The notes under the pieces were generated by a model. The model was not told where the DNA came from and did not search any database. It saw only the letters and a program-made list of their open reading frames with translations. The position numbers and the translations under genes are program-made. This document shows positions 33,748 to 48,577 of a DNA stretch of 64,000 bases, in pieces (the stretch's first letter is position 1; each line of letters begins with the position of its first letter). The stretch comes from the human T2T-CHM13v2.0 reference genome, Homo sapiens, in assembly GCF_009914755.1 (NCBI RefSeq), contig NC_060947.1. The stretch is one strand, 5' to 3'.

Positions 33748-35251
33748 ATAAAACAACAAAAACAGAAAGTAGAATGGCCTTCCAGGGACTAGGGGAAGGG
33801 AGAAATGGAAAACTGCTGTTTAATGGTATAGAATTTTAGTCATAGAAAACAAAAACGTTTTAGTGGTCTGCTGTACAATACTGTGCTGACAGTTAACAAT
33901 ACTGTACTGCACACTTAAACATTTGTTGAGGGTAGAGCTCATGCTGTGTGGTTTTTTTTTTTTACCACAATAGAAAAAAAAGCAGATGTCACTTATTAAA
34001 CCATCCTAAGGCCTAAAGAGTTATTGCCAAAATTTTTTTATTGAACACCTACAGTATATTAAAGCCCATCAAAGAGATTTGCGGAGTTTTTCTACTCATT
34101 TAAAAGAGTGTTTGAATATCTCTGGGTTGGTTGTAAATTAATTTTTTAATTTAAAAAAATTGTAACCCCTAAACTGTGATCAAAGTAATCATTTTTCTAA
34201 CCATAGCATATTTTAGAGTCTAATTCACCCGTCAATCTGAATTTATGCCTTCAAGATTTTAGGAGATAATCTGCAAAAGCATCTTGTTATTGCCACATGT
34301 GAAAGAGGATTATTACTTCCCAAGAGATGCTTAAAACATTTTTGGCTTCACTAAGTGGAATTTATATCTTTGGAATCTGGAATCTCCATTGCTCTTAATT
34401 GAAAACTCCAGTTTATTAAAATGGTTTTAAATGCTAAATCCCAAACATGGTTAGTCCTGGTAAATTCATTTCCTGAGAATATAAGATTAAAGAATTTTCT
34501 CCCTCTTTTCCACTTAAATCTCAATTTATTTGGTTTTGGCTGTAATGGTTTGAAATAATAGGCATTTCATTGACTTTGCTGTTAATTTATTCCAATCTCT
34601 AAGATCCTTAACTTCTGACATTATATCACATTGTCCTATTCAGTTGGAAATGATTTTTTTGGAAATGCTCTAAACAAGGTGAGCCTGTATCAAAGAAGTA
34701 AGTAAAAAAATAGAGTTGAGTATTGATTGAGATAACTACTTCATGTCCATTAGGAAAAATTCACCTTTGGATGATTCTCTGAATTTCTGAATTTGTATCT
34801 CTTATAGAGCTAAATACATTTCTTATCCTTGAATGAATTATAATAGTAACTCATATATATGGTTAAAATTTTTTGTGACTATTTTAGTCAGGTTCCAATG
34901 AGGAAAGTTAAAGTACAAGAAGAGATTAGACAAGAGAAATAGAAAGAAAAGAAACAAGATTAGATCATAAGACAATTCTACACTCAACTAATGAATATGC
35001 AAGTAGATGTTGACTTTTTAGTTTATGTATGTTTTTATATCTAACTGGATCTAACTTATTCTAATATAATATAATAAGATATAATTGTACCTATAGCAAG
35101 ACCTTTGAAATTATAGTTATTCTCAAATGCTAGTGTATGAATTAACATTTTGTCGATCCATGGTGAAGTTTTAAAAAAGTTAACATACAGCATTTGTTAT
35201 TGATAACAGTCCGAGTTAGACAATTGGGGAAGCTGAAGCCCACTGACATCG

Positions 35252-35335
35252 ATTTATGTGCCCAAAGTATGCAGCCACCAATTTATGTGACCAAAGTATG
35301 CAGCCACCAATTTATGTGACCAAAGTATGTAGCCA
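35252..35335 (+). repeat. 29-bp tandem repeat, about 2.9 copies
   Basis: Unit atttatgtgaccaaagtatgcagccacca at 35252, 35281 and 35310. Confidence 0.95.
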
Positions 35336-37094
35336 GTGAGTTAAGTCTGTTGATTCCTAGATTCCTACAGATTTTTGATACTTGCATTGCTGTCAAAAAG
35401 TTACAAGTATAGCCCATTTGCTTGAGTAATTGTTATTAATGATAGCAGTATATTGCCTGGCAATGGAAGAATAATGGAAACTATTTTCTGAAAGTATAAT
35501 TACTTCTTTCAAAAAGATGCATATGTCATTTACTACAAAGATTCAAGGCATATTGATTGAATTGTATAAGCTTGAAATATGATTAATCAGAAAGCATTAA
35601 AAATTAATCTATAGAAATTAGTGGGGGAGAGTTTGTACAAACCCAAGGAACTCCATTTTGTCTGTGCTTTAAACATTTTTGCAGATTGAATTGTGAGTTT
35701 ATGTTGATTAATTGGCAAACCACAAATTCTTCCTATAGGAAAGGCTGTGTACCACCCATGCTGATTTTTGAAATGCTAACAGGTCAGTCCTACACTTCAT
35801 TTTGGATAATAGAAGGTTAAGAAAGTCAATTAACAGTACCACTCACAGGAAAAGCAGGCAGCAAGGTTGACTAGCTGTGAGAGGGCCAAAATTATTCAAA
35901 TGGAATGTATTTAACAGCATTTTTGGCTAAGGAAGAAAAAGGTAATGCCAATTTTTTAAATAATTATATAAATTGGCAGAGAGCACTACCACGCCCCGCT
36001 AGGCAAACAGTACAGAGAATTCAATATTCCCAGGTGTTCCCAATTGCAGCCTTTTAAAATTGGGCTTTTTTTTTTTTGTTCTATTGATAATAGCAGCCTA
36101 TGACTAGTAGTTGACCTTCAGTACACCTTCTCCTGGACCTTCTTACTGGGGCGGGGGTGGAGGATATGTTCTCACAAACACCCGTGTTGTGCATAGTATT
36201 GATGGTAATTTCACTGATAGAATACTATAATTGGAGAAGGAAGAAAGCCTAACAGATGCATACACGTGACTGCTCTAGGGGCCAGAAGTTCTCAGAAGAG
36301 TCTTAGTGTAACTGAATAGATACAACCTTGCAATTGGAAATGTCAATTGGATAATGATGGACATGTTCATTCATTTCTAATAAACCAGAATTTAATAGCA
36401 AAGAGAGATTTCCTGCAAAATAGTGCTTTGAAATTAGATTGTTGATTTTAGGAACTCATTGGCATGGCATTTATCTAACTCTTTCACTTAATATGCTAGA
36501 TAAAATAGCATCAAAATTTAGTGGATCCCACAATTAGATTGATTTTGACATAACCATGTCCAAGATTTTGTGGTAGCAGAACAAATTGTGTCTCTATTCA
36601 TTTCTAGCCTGGCACAAAATAAAAACATATGCTACAAACAAAATTAATTTAAAGGAGAAAAACTTTTCTTTTGCTTGCATATATTGTGTGGTCTAAATTA
36701 CACTTTGTAGAATAATGAATTTAAGCTACCTGTGACTCATTTTGAAATATGCAAAAGAAAACAGTGCCATGGATACTGCCAAAATCATCATTATTTTTAA
36801 GCAGTTACTTATTTGCATTTAAGGGATACTTTTAAAGGTTTTCTGTTTGTCTGTTTGTTTTTAATTTCAGTGTCATACACCTCATTGCTGTTTCCATTTT
36901 ACACGTGGTTATGAACCGAATGGTTACAGTAATTACCAAAAGTCTGAGAAAAAAAGTCAAAGGTCTGGGAAAAATTGGTCCTAGGAACTGAACAGATTGT
37001 GTTTTCATTTTCTTATATATGTGGAAAAGTTGGCTACATAAAATAGCCAGAGTACACGAATGTTTTACTGTTAAAGAAAAAGAACAGCAGCAGG

Positions 37095-37206
37095 CTCTCT
37101 CTTTTCTCTCTTTTCTCCATCTCCATCTCACTCTGTCTCTCTTTTTACTTCTCTCTCTGTCTCTCTCTGTCACACACACACACACACATGCATATGAACA
37201 CACACA
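37095..37206. repeat. Compound CT-rich / (CA)n microsatellite
   Basis: Directly visible. Confidence 0.9.
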
Positions 37207-38600
37207 GACTCTCATTACTCTTGATCACACTCATGGACCAATAACTTAAAAGAATGAATTTTATAATTCCGATATATATGTGGAATATTTATGAATTTAT
37301 AATTCTGTTTCAAGTCATTTACTATTTTTCTTTGGTAATGGAAAACTAAACCAAAGTTCTTGGGTTTTTTAAAAATCAGTTTAGAAAATTAGTTCATATT
37401 ATATAGTATACATTACCATGAAATACAAGGTAATCATATTTTTCCTTAATATTTCAAGTATATGTAAGTTTGATCCCATAGGATGCTGGTATCTTACATG
37501 TTACACTTTCCAAGTATGTTATCCAAATGTGATTTCTATGGAATTGCTTACTTTTGGTGGCTCACATGAATGAATGCTTATGGTAGATAACAATTTCCCT
37601 TCCAGTGAACAAAAATAACTACCGTTCGTAAATCAGATTGTCTAAGGCTTTACTTTATCTAGGGGTAGCATATTATCTGAATCCAATACCACTGCAAGAA
37701 AAATCTAAACTGTACTGTTTCTAAATTGTTAAGTGTGTCATAGTTATTTTAGACCATGCCCTGACTGTAATTTCAAAAGCATCAGACCTGTATGATGGCA
37801 AAGAATTATTTTGGAGGAAATATTTACAGTTTTAAAGAGATTTTGATAATCAACCTGTAAATGTGGATATTATTTCATAAAATGTACGCTATTTTAAGAG
37901 AAATGTCTCAAAAATTTTACCTGGTATGATTGTCAATAGGCCAAGTCATGCTTATGTTCTGAAATATTTTGTTTTTTCCCCATGTGAAGAAACAATAATG
38001 AGAAAATTAGATTGCCCAGATAAAACAATTTTGTTAGGAAATGTTGACTTTATGTTGGAAAAAAAATCATATAAATTCAGATTCTGGTAATTGTGGATTA
38101 ACCCTTGTTGCAAATATTATCAACTGAGCTCAGAGAATCTTGATTTTTTAAATCGTACTTGGGATTATTATACTTAAGGCCAACATAGGTGAAAATGAGA
38201 AGAGATATATTGAAAACAGAAATGTCCTGGAGTGTTCCCTCTGAACTTGTCACTAATGTTTTGAAATATATAGCTTGATTCAGATAGCAAAATATTGGCA
38301 GGCAGGAAAAAAACAGTCACCCAAAGAAGTCATAGCAACTCAAGCCAGAGTTATAGGCAGGGAGGAGAAATGGAAAACTAGCCTTATGAATAATTAATAT
38401 AGACAGCTCAAAATCAATATAGATTCAGGGATTGCTGTTGTTCTTACTAAAAATTAGCTGGTAGAAGTATAATATGTAGATATATTTTTAAAAGCAACTC
38501 TAGTTTTCTAACCACAGTTTTCATTTTTCCATTTTTCCCAAGCTCTATATTTCCATTTGTTTGAAACAGCTTTGGCACTGTTTCTGACAAGGTGTCTGTG

Positions 38601-38602
<2 letters not shown>

Positions 38603-38637
<35 letters not shown>

Positions 38638-38672
38638 GTCTGTGTGTGGGGGGGGAGAGAGAGAATGTGTAT

Positions 38673-38719
<47 letters not shown>

Positions 38720-38743
38720 TGTGTGTGTGTGTGTGTATGTATG
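38603..38743. repeat. Compound (GT)n/(GA)n microsatellite
   Basis: Directly visible. Confidence 0.95.
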
Positions 38744-39738
38744 AGTGTTCTGTTTTGTCTCCGGAATCCCTCAGTGTGGGTTGGCAGCCACAGATCCAAA
38801 TTATCTTTCAATGAAATGCTGCCAAGTAAATTGTGTTTACAGTCAGCCTTAACTTATGTTCGAAGCTTAGTATTACAGAACCTTCCAATACCTTCACATA
38901 GTTTTCAATATCAGTCTGCAATTACTTCATGCTATTCATTGATATAAAAGTTTGAAAGAAGTTCAATATCTTTTAATTAAAGTTATCAGAATCCCCTTGT
39001 ATGTGATGGTAATCCTGGGAGTAACTCTCATCAGTGTTCCCCTGTATATGTTTAGAAGTTGATAATACAGGCTTGTGACTCACAAGAAAAGGAAGTCAAA
39101 TACTGAGCTAAGTGCTGGCACCAACTGCAGTGGGTGATTTATGAAAGGAGTTTCATTTGTAGTTCTCAAAGGCCTGTTATGGCTTTTAACAAAGCAGTAT
39201 ATCCTTTCTTTTTTTTTTTTTTTTAGCTAGTTTGAGCTATGACATTAAATATTCTCTTTTAGGCCCCTAATCAGAAATAATCCTTCTTAGTTAAGTTGAT
39301 ATGACTGCATTGGTTGCTACAAACAAGGCCGACAATTTCCTCTGATCATATTTGAAATGTTACATAAACCGTGGGTTTGTCTTTTTTAATTTAGTAAATG
39401 AAGACAGGGATAAATCTATGGAGAATCAAAATGTGTCAGGTGGCAAAGAACAACTTGGGATTTTGCATGTATAAAATGACCTTTCAAATAATAATAGTGA
39501 ATAAATTATGCTTCTCCTTTACATAGAAGGTATTTCTGGAAAGCATTTATTTTGTTGGAGAAAAAGTAAAAATTAAACATTTATTATATAAGAATTTGAA
39601 TCTGGTTTTCTTATCACAATTGAGCATCAGGAGTCCTGAACTTGACAGATTCCATTTTTCTATGCGTATCCAAACCACATAACATAAGCAAACAGTGGCT
39701 GATTCAAAGTTTAGCCTTACACATTCAGAACAAAACTA

Positions 39739-39846
39739 TTAGGTTGATGCAAACGTAATGACGGTCTTTGCCATTAAAACTAATTTAATGACATTTTGCC
39801 ATTACTTTTAATGGCAAGGGCCACCATTAAGTTTGCACCAACCTTT
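39739..39846. mobile_element. MADE1 (Hsmar1-derived MITE) with expanded centre
   Basis: TIRs ttaggttgatgcaaacgtaat / attaagtttgcaccaacct. Confidence 0.85.
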
Positions 39847-40179
39847 ATTTCTTTAGTTGCTTTAAATACTGCCTAAAATCCTACCATTAGCACAGTATTA
39901 TGAAAGTATAACTAGGCTTCACAAGAACTGGATTTAGGTTCATATTTACAACTCCTGAGTCACATGCAAATTATGTAATCTCTCTAAACACTAAATTTCC
40001 TTATCTGTTGTTAGAATTAAAAGACAATATCTTATGTAATTATTTTCATGCAAAGAGTAAAATGCAACAAAAATTTGGCTATGTTATAATTATTATTTTG
40101 GGTTAAGGCATTTTAACTCATAGTTTAAAATCCTAGAAAAGGGGTTACATCTTACTATTACAAGTCATTAGCCATTGCT

Positions 40180-40370
40180 GCCATTATTAACTACTCATTT
40201 TGATACCAAGCACAAGACTTACATTATTACATTAAATCTATTTAATCCTCACCACATTTGCATGAGATAGTAATATTATTATTCCAATTTAAACATAAGG
40301 AAACCAAGACTTTGAAACATCTGACCAGATAGACACCTGCATTTGAATTTTAGCTTTATGATAGCTGTTT
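40180..40370 (-). mobile_element. MIR
   Basis: 'tttaatcctcac...attattccaatttaaacataaggaaaccaag'. Confidence 0.7.
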
Positions 40371-40585
40371 TACACTAAACGGTTGTTTAATTGTTCTCAA
40401 CTTTAAAATATATTTATATGTTATCAATAGATAAGCATTACAAATTTTTAAAAGAATTGGAAATAATGATATATAGTGGTTTTTAAGAACTATAATACAA
40501 TAATGGTAGTGGTAGCAGTAGCAGTGATCACTTGGATCAAGCCAGCCTTGCTGGCCCCTTCTCTATCCCCCTGACAGAGCATCTA

Positions 40586-40800
40586 CAGCCACACTGTCCA
40601 ATAGAACTTTCTGCAATGATTGGAATGTTCTATGTGGAATGTTCTATGTCTGTGCTGCCCAATACAACAACCATGAGCTACATGTTACTATTAAGCACTT
40701 GAAATACAGCCAGTGCCATTGAGAAATTTATAATTTTTAGTTAATTTCAATTATCATTTTAATAGCTACATGTACCTAGTGGCTATCAAATTGGATGAGG
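40586..40800. mobile_element. MER3 (hAT-Charlie)
   Basis: 'ctgtccaatagaactttctgcaatgat..ggaatgttcta', 'tagtggcta'; internal tggaatgttctatg duplicated. Confidence 0.85.
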
Positions 40801-41829
40801 ATCTAAGGATCACGAGATTCATTATTTCAGAAACAAATGAATAAAGCAGCTCTTCATTTCCTAATAAAACATTTGAAAGGGCATGTATATATTACAGACA
40901 CTTACAATAACTGATACATTATGTGTTTTTCTTTTATTTTATCTAGATAATTAAGATACTATACAATAATGAAAAGGATAGTGGACCAGAAGGAAAGTGC
41001 CTGGAAAGTCCTACTTCCAGACCTGGCACAAGGTAGCTGTATGATCTTGAGCAAGTACCTCACCTTCCCAGGCTTTACTTTTCCCTTCCTACTTCGCTAA
41101 CTATACAAAGATCCTTTGATGAGCAAATTTTACAGGACTTAAACTAATTACATATGGATTAGTTTTCTTTTACACAATACTAATATACACTGTCTTTTTT
41201 TTTTCATTTCAACAAACAAAAAAAAAACCCACTACTTAATATTAAAAAAAATTTCTCAGTTTTGTTTCTGTTGACATCTGGAGTAATAACTTTAATATTC
41301 CAAGTTCCAAGTAGACTTACCATGCAGAGAGGCTTATCATTTTTGCCAAGCATTAACTCTATTAATACATGCATTATTTAACTGGACCTTATTCTTTTTT
41401 ATCTCTGCAAATAGTTTATTTCTGATGCCCATTTATAATGTGTCCAAAGCAGTAAATCTCTATTAGGGTCCTTTCTGTACATTACTTACGTTATAATTTC
41501 ACTGATATTATAAAGTACTCCTAAAAAAGTGGCCAAAGAATACAGGTAAATCCCATATAAAATCCTTCCTGACATACACAGCTCATCCTTAATAAGTAAC
41601 TCATGTCTTGTCTGCATATTGACTCAATTATGCTATTTTGCCTGATTTTAGCTAAGACACATATTGTTTAATCTTCATTTTTGATGTTGCCTGTCTAATA
41701 GCAAACACAAAATAGGCATACTATTATTAAAAGGACTTTGCCACAATATATATTGTCCTAGAATATGTCACAAAATGTTGCCATTATTATAATCTCCCCA
41801 TAGTTTGAAAATTATTACATAAAATAACA

Positions 41830-42020
41830 TTTGAATAGCAGCCAACAGTTTACAAAACAGTTTTATCATTCCTTTGATTCTTCCCAACAATCCTTGATGT
41901 AGGTTTTGTTATTCCCATTTTAAAGATAATGAAATTATATATCAGAGTGGTTAACTCTTTTGCACAAGGCCACATTGTTAGCAATTTTTAAAAGATAAAT
42001 TCAAACCTAAGTTCCTTTTT
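41830..42020 (-). mobile_element. MIR
   Basis: 'ttattcccattttaaagataatgaaa...agagtggttaact...caaggccaca'. Confidence 0.65.
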
Positions 42021-43489
42021 ATACCAATATAAACTACTTCAGGAAAATGTATCAAGTATCTCAAATATCACAAGATATTTTAGTCGTGTATGACTTACAT
42101 TTAAGCTTAATGTAGGCAATTGCATCTTTATATTCTGAAACCAACAGATTTCTAAGGATCTCTTTATTTGATTTACCTTATTCTGAGGATCCAGTTCAAT
42201 CATTTTACTGTAAAAATAATTTCTGCCTTTTTATCAGGCTTTTTTCTCTTCATCAAATGGTTTACATCCCTTTTCTTGGCTTCCTTGTTGAAAACTTTGA
42301 TTAAATAACAATTTCTCATCCTCTTAAATTCCATACAACATATATTTTTATTTCTAGATAAAAGCATATTGTAAGGAAGGAGTTAATACTGTGTCATTTT
42401 CAAACCTAGGTGAGATGGAAAATAGGATATTAAACACCCCCCTATCACCACCACAACAGCTATCAATATACACGTGTATGTATGTGTATTGTTTATATTG
42501 TAATCTTCTGAGAAATCTCTGCGATAACTTATAACAAACGCTGGAGTCTACATAAAAACTTGTGGAAGTTCAGTTTAGTTTATAAAAGAAAATAATGAAG
42601 AGAAACAGAGAGTGGTATTATAGCTTATTAGTAAAATCAGACTACTCTAGATTATAATTTTAACACTGTTTTTAATGTGTCAATAAAATCCTGTCAACAT
42701 TGGTATCTTGCCGAATTTCAAGTTTAAGACATTCATTTCTAAGCCTTGGATAAAAGTAAGTTTAATTTCACATAAATAAATACTAACTTTATTTTTATTT
42801 CTAATGTACATTGGTATATTTTAATTTATGTGTAGTTTCTTATAAGCTTATTTTCTACTGTATATGAAAAACATATAAAATATACAAGAGTCTTAAAGGC
42901 AAAGAATAGATGTTCGTTTTTCAGTTGAAGGGACAAATGAAGTTCTTAAATAGGCTCTTTTCCTTTTTAAAAATATTTGTGTTAATAAAAATCAGAAACT
43001 AATTTATGGGTAATAAATATAACATTGCTTAAACGTAAATTACAAATATTGAAAGATTATATCCTATGGCTAGTCAGAAAACTTAGAAGTCCAAAATTAG
43101 AAATATAAAAGAAAAAGAGTGAGAACAATACTCTTGCTTTCCTTAGAATTTTTTTAAGCAGAGGGTAAAGAGAAAAATATCTGTGGTGGACCAGACATAT
43201 TAAACATTTTAATTTGCTTCTTTCCCTCTCTCTCTCTCTCGGGCAGTCTGTAACCAATAACTGCTATAATTAAAGTAACCTGCCATTTTTTTGTGCCTTC
43301 ACGCTACTGACTTAAGTTTTTGTAAATTTTTAAAACAAAATTAGATTTATATTATAAGAGCTATTCTGTATTGAAACATAATACCATGTATTTTGTTCTG
43401 TGCAGAGTTTATATAATAAAGTACTTTTTGTATAGGGACATAGTCTAAGTCACTATGATATTCCACACAGAAATATTGCAATGGTCCCT

Positions 43490-43690
43490 AATATTTGCAT
43501 ATCACTTTATAAGAGGTTTCATTTGCATTATTTCATCATGCCCCTGCAACAACCTTATAAGGAAGGACAGTTATTATTTATTCTCATTAGCAGCTGAGGA
43601 AACCATGGCACAGAGAGGTGAGAAAACCCAAGAGTATTCAATAAGTAAGTGAAAGAGCTGGAATTTAAGTATGCGCTCCCTGGAAGTTCA
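43490..43690 (-). mobile_element. MIR
   Basis: 'gcagctgaggaaaccatggcacagagaggtgag'. Confidence 0.75.
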
Positions 43691-45908
43691 GCCTGTATCA
43701 CAAAAAGTCTGGATTGTAGATTATAGAAGTTTAAATACTTTTTTTAAAAAAGCTTTGTGCAAATGCCCTCAGCCCAATTGCTATTTTACCTGTTTTACAG
43801 AATGTAGGGGATCTTTTTTCTGTTTCATTAGCTAAATAATGCATTTAATTATATTAATAAGTTAAAACATTATATTTGCCATGCCTTAGAACTATACATA
43901 TTATTTTAATCTCTTCCACTGAGATAATTGGTAAAACTGACTTTGGCATATTATTAATTTCTTGTGCTTCTATACAAATTTTTTCCTAATTGATGAATGT
44001 GATTGGCAAATCAAAATATGACACAATAACAATCTAAAAGTTAAAGGAAAAAGAATAATGCTAGGCAACAAAAATTCTGTGAAAAATAAGACCATGTTGC
44101 TAATGTCAAATGTAAAATGCTTATGATATAAAAAACAGTTATAACAGACTTTCTATATCCATGTATCTTTTCTATAGTGATAAATATTAGACATATAAGT
44201 GTGCAGTTTTAGATATATGACAACCAGATGACAGATTCTTTAAGATAAATTTATAATCAAATGAGATTATAAATTTCTGATACGGCAGTGTAAGGAGTAC
44301 TACAGATCCATTCCTCAGTGAAACAAGCGTAACTGGTAAAATCTATTAAACACACACACAACCATTTAAAGTCTCTGGAAATTGTCCCAAGGGCGTACAG
44401 CAAATAAAGAAACGGTTATTCAGGAAAATCCCCTAAAACTTGGTAATAACAGTAAGAGTGTGTTGCATTTGAATTGTGAACTGCTCCCTCTCCCATCATT
44501 ACCTCAGCTTAACAGAAGTTCAAATCTGGGCTTGTGTGACTAAGAAGATGGTCTTGTTTCTCTCTTCAGTTCCAGTTAAAGAATAGGGTACCTCATCAGG
44601 AGGGGCTGGTTACTAACTAACATTTCTCACCCTCTCCAAATCTATGTTGCAGAGGCTAAATTCCTACAGAGTGAAGCCAAGAGATCTGGGTCTCCCTTTC
44701 TCCCCAGCTTCCAGAAACAAGACTAAGAAATTTTGGTTTCCCAATTGCCATCTTGCTAGAAGGACAGAGGTTTTACAGTAACTGAAGAAAGTCAAGAAAA
44801 CAAGAGACTACCACTCTAGACAGTAACTGGATAAGTGGCTCAGCGATTTTGTGCAGAAGAAGAAGAATCAATAAGAGGAGAACTCCAAAACTCTCCCGCA
44901 AAGAGCTGACTATTTGAAAAGAGTGTGGGGAAGTTGAGGCCTTAGGGCATTCTAAAAAAAAAATAATAGCTCCTTTTAGTTAAAAGCAACAAGCTAAACT
45001 ATAGGCCGGCTAGTTCACCAGAGAAAGATATGGAAAGAGACAACTAGAAAGAGCCCCTCTGATGTCAGAACAAACTGCCAAAACTACTTCTGCCTAACGT
45101 TAATGTGATCAGACTGTAGAAAAATGTATACCACAGGACAACGTGAACAACAATAGAGAAATTTGCTGGGAATTAGTGCAAGCTAACAGCTGTGTGTGAT
45201 ACCAAACAAGGCCGACTGTGGAAAATAAAAATCAGTGAAAGAAACAGGGCTAAAACCAGTCATACCATGATGACTGTGTGCATGCCAAAGGGTCTGCCCT
45301 CTGAGGAGTGATAACAAAGACTTCATATAAAAAGGCAATAGGCACCATTACAATAATCTATTCAAGTAATTAAATAAAAAAACAAGCAAACAACAGCAAA
45401 AATAATTCCCTGAAAGGAGGGAGGAGAATCAGAATCCATATTTGGCATACTACATTACCTCAAATAGCCAGTTGTCAACAAAAAAATTACAAGACATGCA
45501 AAGAGACAAGAATGTAAGACCCATACAAAGGAAAAAAAAAAAGCAGGAAACATCCTATATCAGGGCTTGAATTTAGGATTTAACAGACAAAGGCTTTCAA
45601 TAAAAAGTATCTTTCAAATATGGAGAGAAATAAAGCTATTACCAGAAAAACAAAAACTGAATTTGTTACTATTTGACCTGTCCTACAAGAAATACTAAAG
45701 TACATTATTCAAGCTGAAAGCAAGAGATCTCAGAATGTAATTTAAGTCCTTACAAAAAAAACAGAGAAGTATAAATGACTTTATAATTGTACATTCCTTG
45801 TCCTTTCTTTTCTTAATTACTATAAAAGCAATTGTGTTAAATATGCATATAAGTATACTTTTGGCCATATAATATTAAAGATGTGATATATTTACAATAA
45901 AATATTAA

Positions 45909-46034
45909 GTTGGGTGCAGTGGTATGCAACTGTATTCCCAGCTACTTGGGAGGCTGAAGTAGAAGGATTGCTCGAGCCCAGGATTTTGAGTTAAACCCAG
46001 GCAACATAGCAAGAACCCATCTCTAAACAAAAAA
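45909..46034 (+). mobile_element. FLAM (monomeric Alu)
   Basis: Single monomer 'gggtgcagtgg...ggattgctcgagcccagga...caacatagcaaga'. Confidence 0.85.
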
Positions 46035-46651
46035 TTTATATAACAATCCATAAATATATATTTATTACTTCTTCTCGGCTTTCTTAAAGGATGTAAAATC
46101 ATCATATAAAGTGATAATGACAAGATTATATTCAGTTTATAACATAGTTACATATGTGTATTAATAATAATACAAAAAAGACAGCTAGATACAGTAAAGT
46201 CTCTATCTCACTGTAATTAAGTTTGTATGATTCTGAAGTAGATTATTTTAAGGTTGTATCATAAGCCCTAGGGCAACCACTAAGCAACTATCTCAAAAAT
46301 ACATATTTAACATGATTAAAATAATTAAAATATTACATTAGAATATATTCACTTAATGTAAATAAAAGAAGAAGAGAGAAAAATCATAAGGCATATAAAA
46401 AACAAAAAGTAAAATGTAAAATAAAAGGTAAAAAAATCCAATTACATCATTAATAACATTTAATGTGAATATATTAAACAATTCAATTAAAAGGCAGAGA
46501 CTGCCAGACTGGATTAAAAGGAAATGCAAAAATATTCTGTCTAGAGAAGATATACTTTATTTTCAAAAACATAAATAGTTTGAAAATAAGGAGGGAAAAA
46601 AGATAAATCATTCAAATATTAGCCATAAGGAAGCTGCAGTAACTGATATTA

Positions 46652-46999
<348 letters not shown>

Positions 47000-47074
47000 T
47001 CATTGGTAATGATTTTACCAATGATTCAAATCCTTAGTGGTGTAAGTCAGGTGTAGTTACATAAATACTATGTA

Positions 47075-47372
47075 ATTTTTTTTTTTTTGAGATAGCATCT
47101 CATACTGTCGCCCAGGCTCAAGTGCAGTGGCATGATCTCGGCTCACTACAACTTCTGCTCCCCAGTTCAAGCAATTCTCCTGCCTCGGCCTCCCCAGTAG
47201 CTTGGATTACAGACATGCGCCACCACGCCTGGCTAATTTTTTTATATTTTTAGTAGAGACAGGGTTTCACCATGTTGGCCAGGCCGTTGTCGAGCTCCTG
47301 ATCTCAGGTTATCCACCTGCCTCGGCCTCCCAAAGTGCTGGGATTACAGGCGTGAGCCACTGCACCTGGCCA
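47075..47372 (-). mobile_element. AluSx-like
   Basis: Full antisense Alu; TSD aaatactatgtaatt. Confidence 0.95.
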
Positions 47373-48577
47373 AATACTATGTAATTATTTTACATAGGTG
47401 TTTTACCAATGATTTACACCTATGGTAAAATTGGTAAAATCAAAATTGGTAAAATTGATTTTACCAATTTTACCAACGATTTACAGTTTTACCTATAATT
47501 TACATACTTAGGTGTAAATCACCTTAAATTAGGAAGTGTTTTCTTAGTTATGACATTAAAAGCACAAGCAACACAATAAAAAATAGAAGAATTGAACATT
47601 ATCCAAATTAAAAACATCTGTGCTTCAAAGAATACCATCAAGAAAGTGAAACATCACCCACTGAATGGAATAAGGAATAAAAATCATTTGTCTCATAAGT
47701 GTCTAGTATCCAGAATATATGGATAATTATTTCAATTCAACAATTAAAAGACAAGTAATCAAATTTAAAAAGGGCCAAGAAACTTAATAGACATTTATCC
47801 AAAGGTCATATAAGGTCATCCAAAGGCTAATAAGCACATGAAAAGATGCTCATTATTATTAATTAGGGTAATGCAAACCAAAACCACAATGAGATACCCT
47901 TCCCGCATACCAAGATAGCGATAATTTTTAAAAACAAAAAATAACGAGTATTGGAGAGAACGTGGAAAAATTAAAAAGTTAATATGCCGCTAACGAGAAG
48001 TGGAAGATGCTTCCACTTTAGAAAACAGTCTGGCCATTCTTCAAAAGATTAAACAAAGTTATGACATATCCCAACAATTCCACTCCTAGGTATATACCCA
48101 AGGGAAATGAAAACATATTTTCATACATAAACTTGTATACAAATGCTCATAGCAACATTATTCATAATAGCCAAAAAGTACCCCCCAAAAAGTCCATCAA
48201 ATGTTGAACGAATAAACAAAATATAGTATATTCACACAATCAATTTTATTTGGTCATAAGAAGGAATGGTGTCCTGATACATGCTACAACATGGATACAC
48301 TTGAAAAACAGTATATTAAGTAAAAGAAAACATCACAAATGACAACATATTATACATTTCCATTTATAGGAAATGTCCAGAATAGTCAAATATAGACAGA
48401 AACTATATTAATTGTTGTCTGGGAAGGGGAATGAGGGAAATGAGGGGTGATAACTGAAAGATATGGGGGATCCTATTTGCAGTAATGAAAAGATTCTAAA
48501 ACCAATTGTACTGATGATTGCACGACTCTGAATATGTTTTAAAAAGCAACATTGTTTCTTTTTAATCTGACAACAAC

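Noticed and set aside
35252-35335. 29-bp repeat as CRISPR-like array
   Set aside because: No spacers, no cas genes, eukaryotic context.
38545-38947. Cys/Val- and His/Thr-rich ORFs (also 36832-37249)
   Set aside because: Translations of (GT)n/(CA)n microsatellites.
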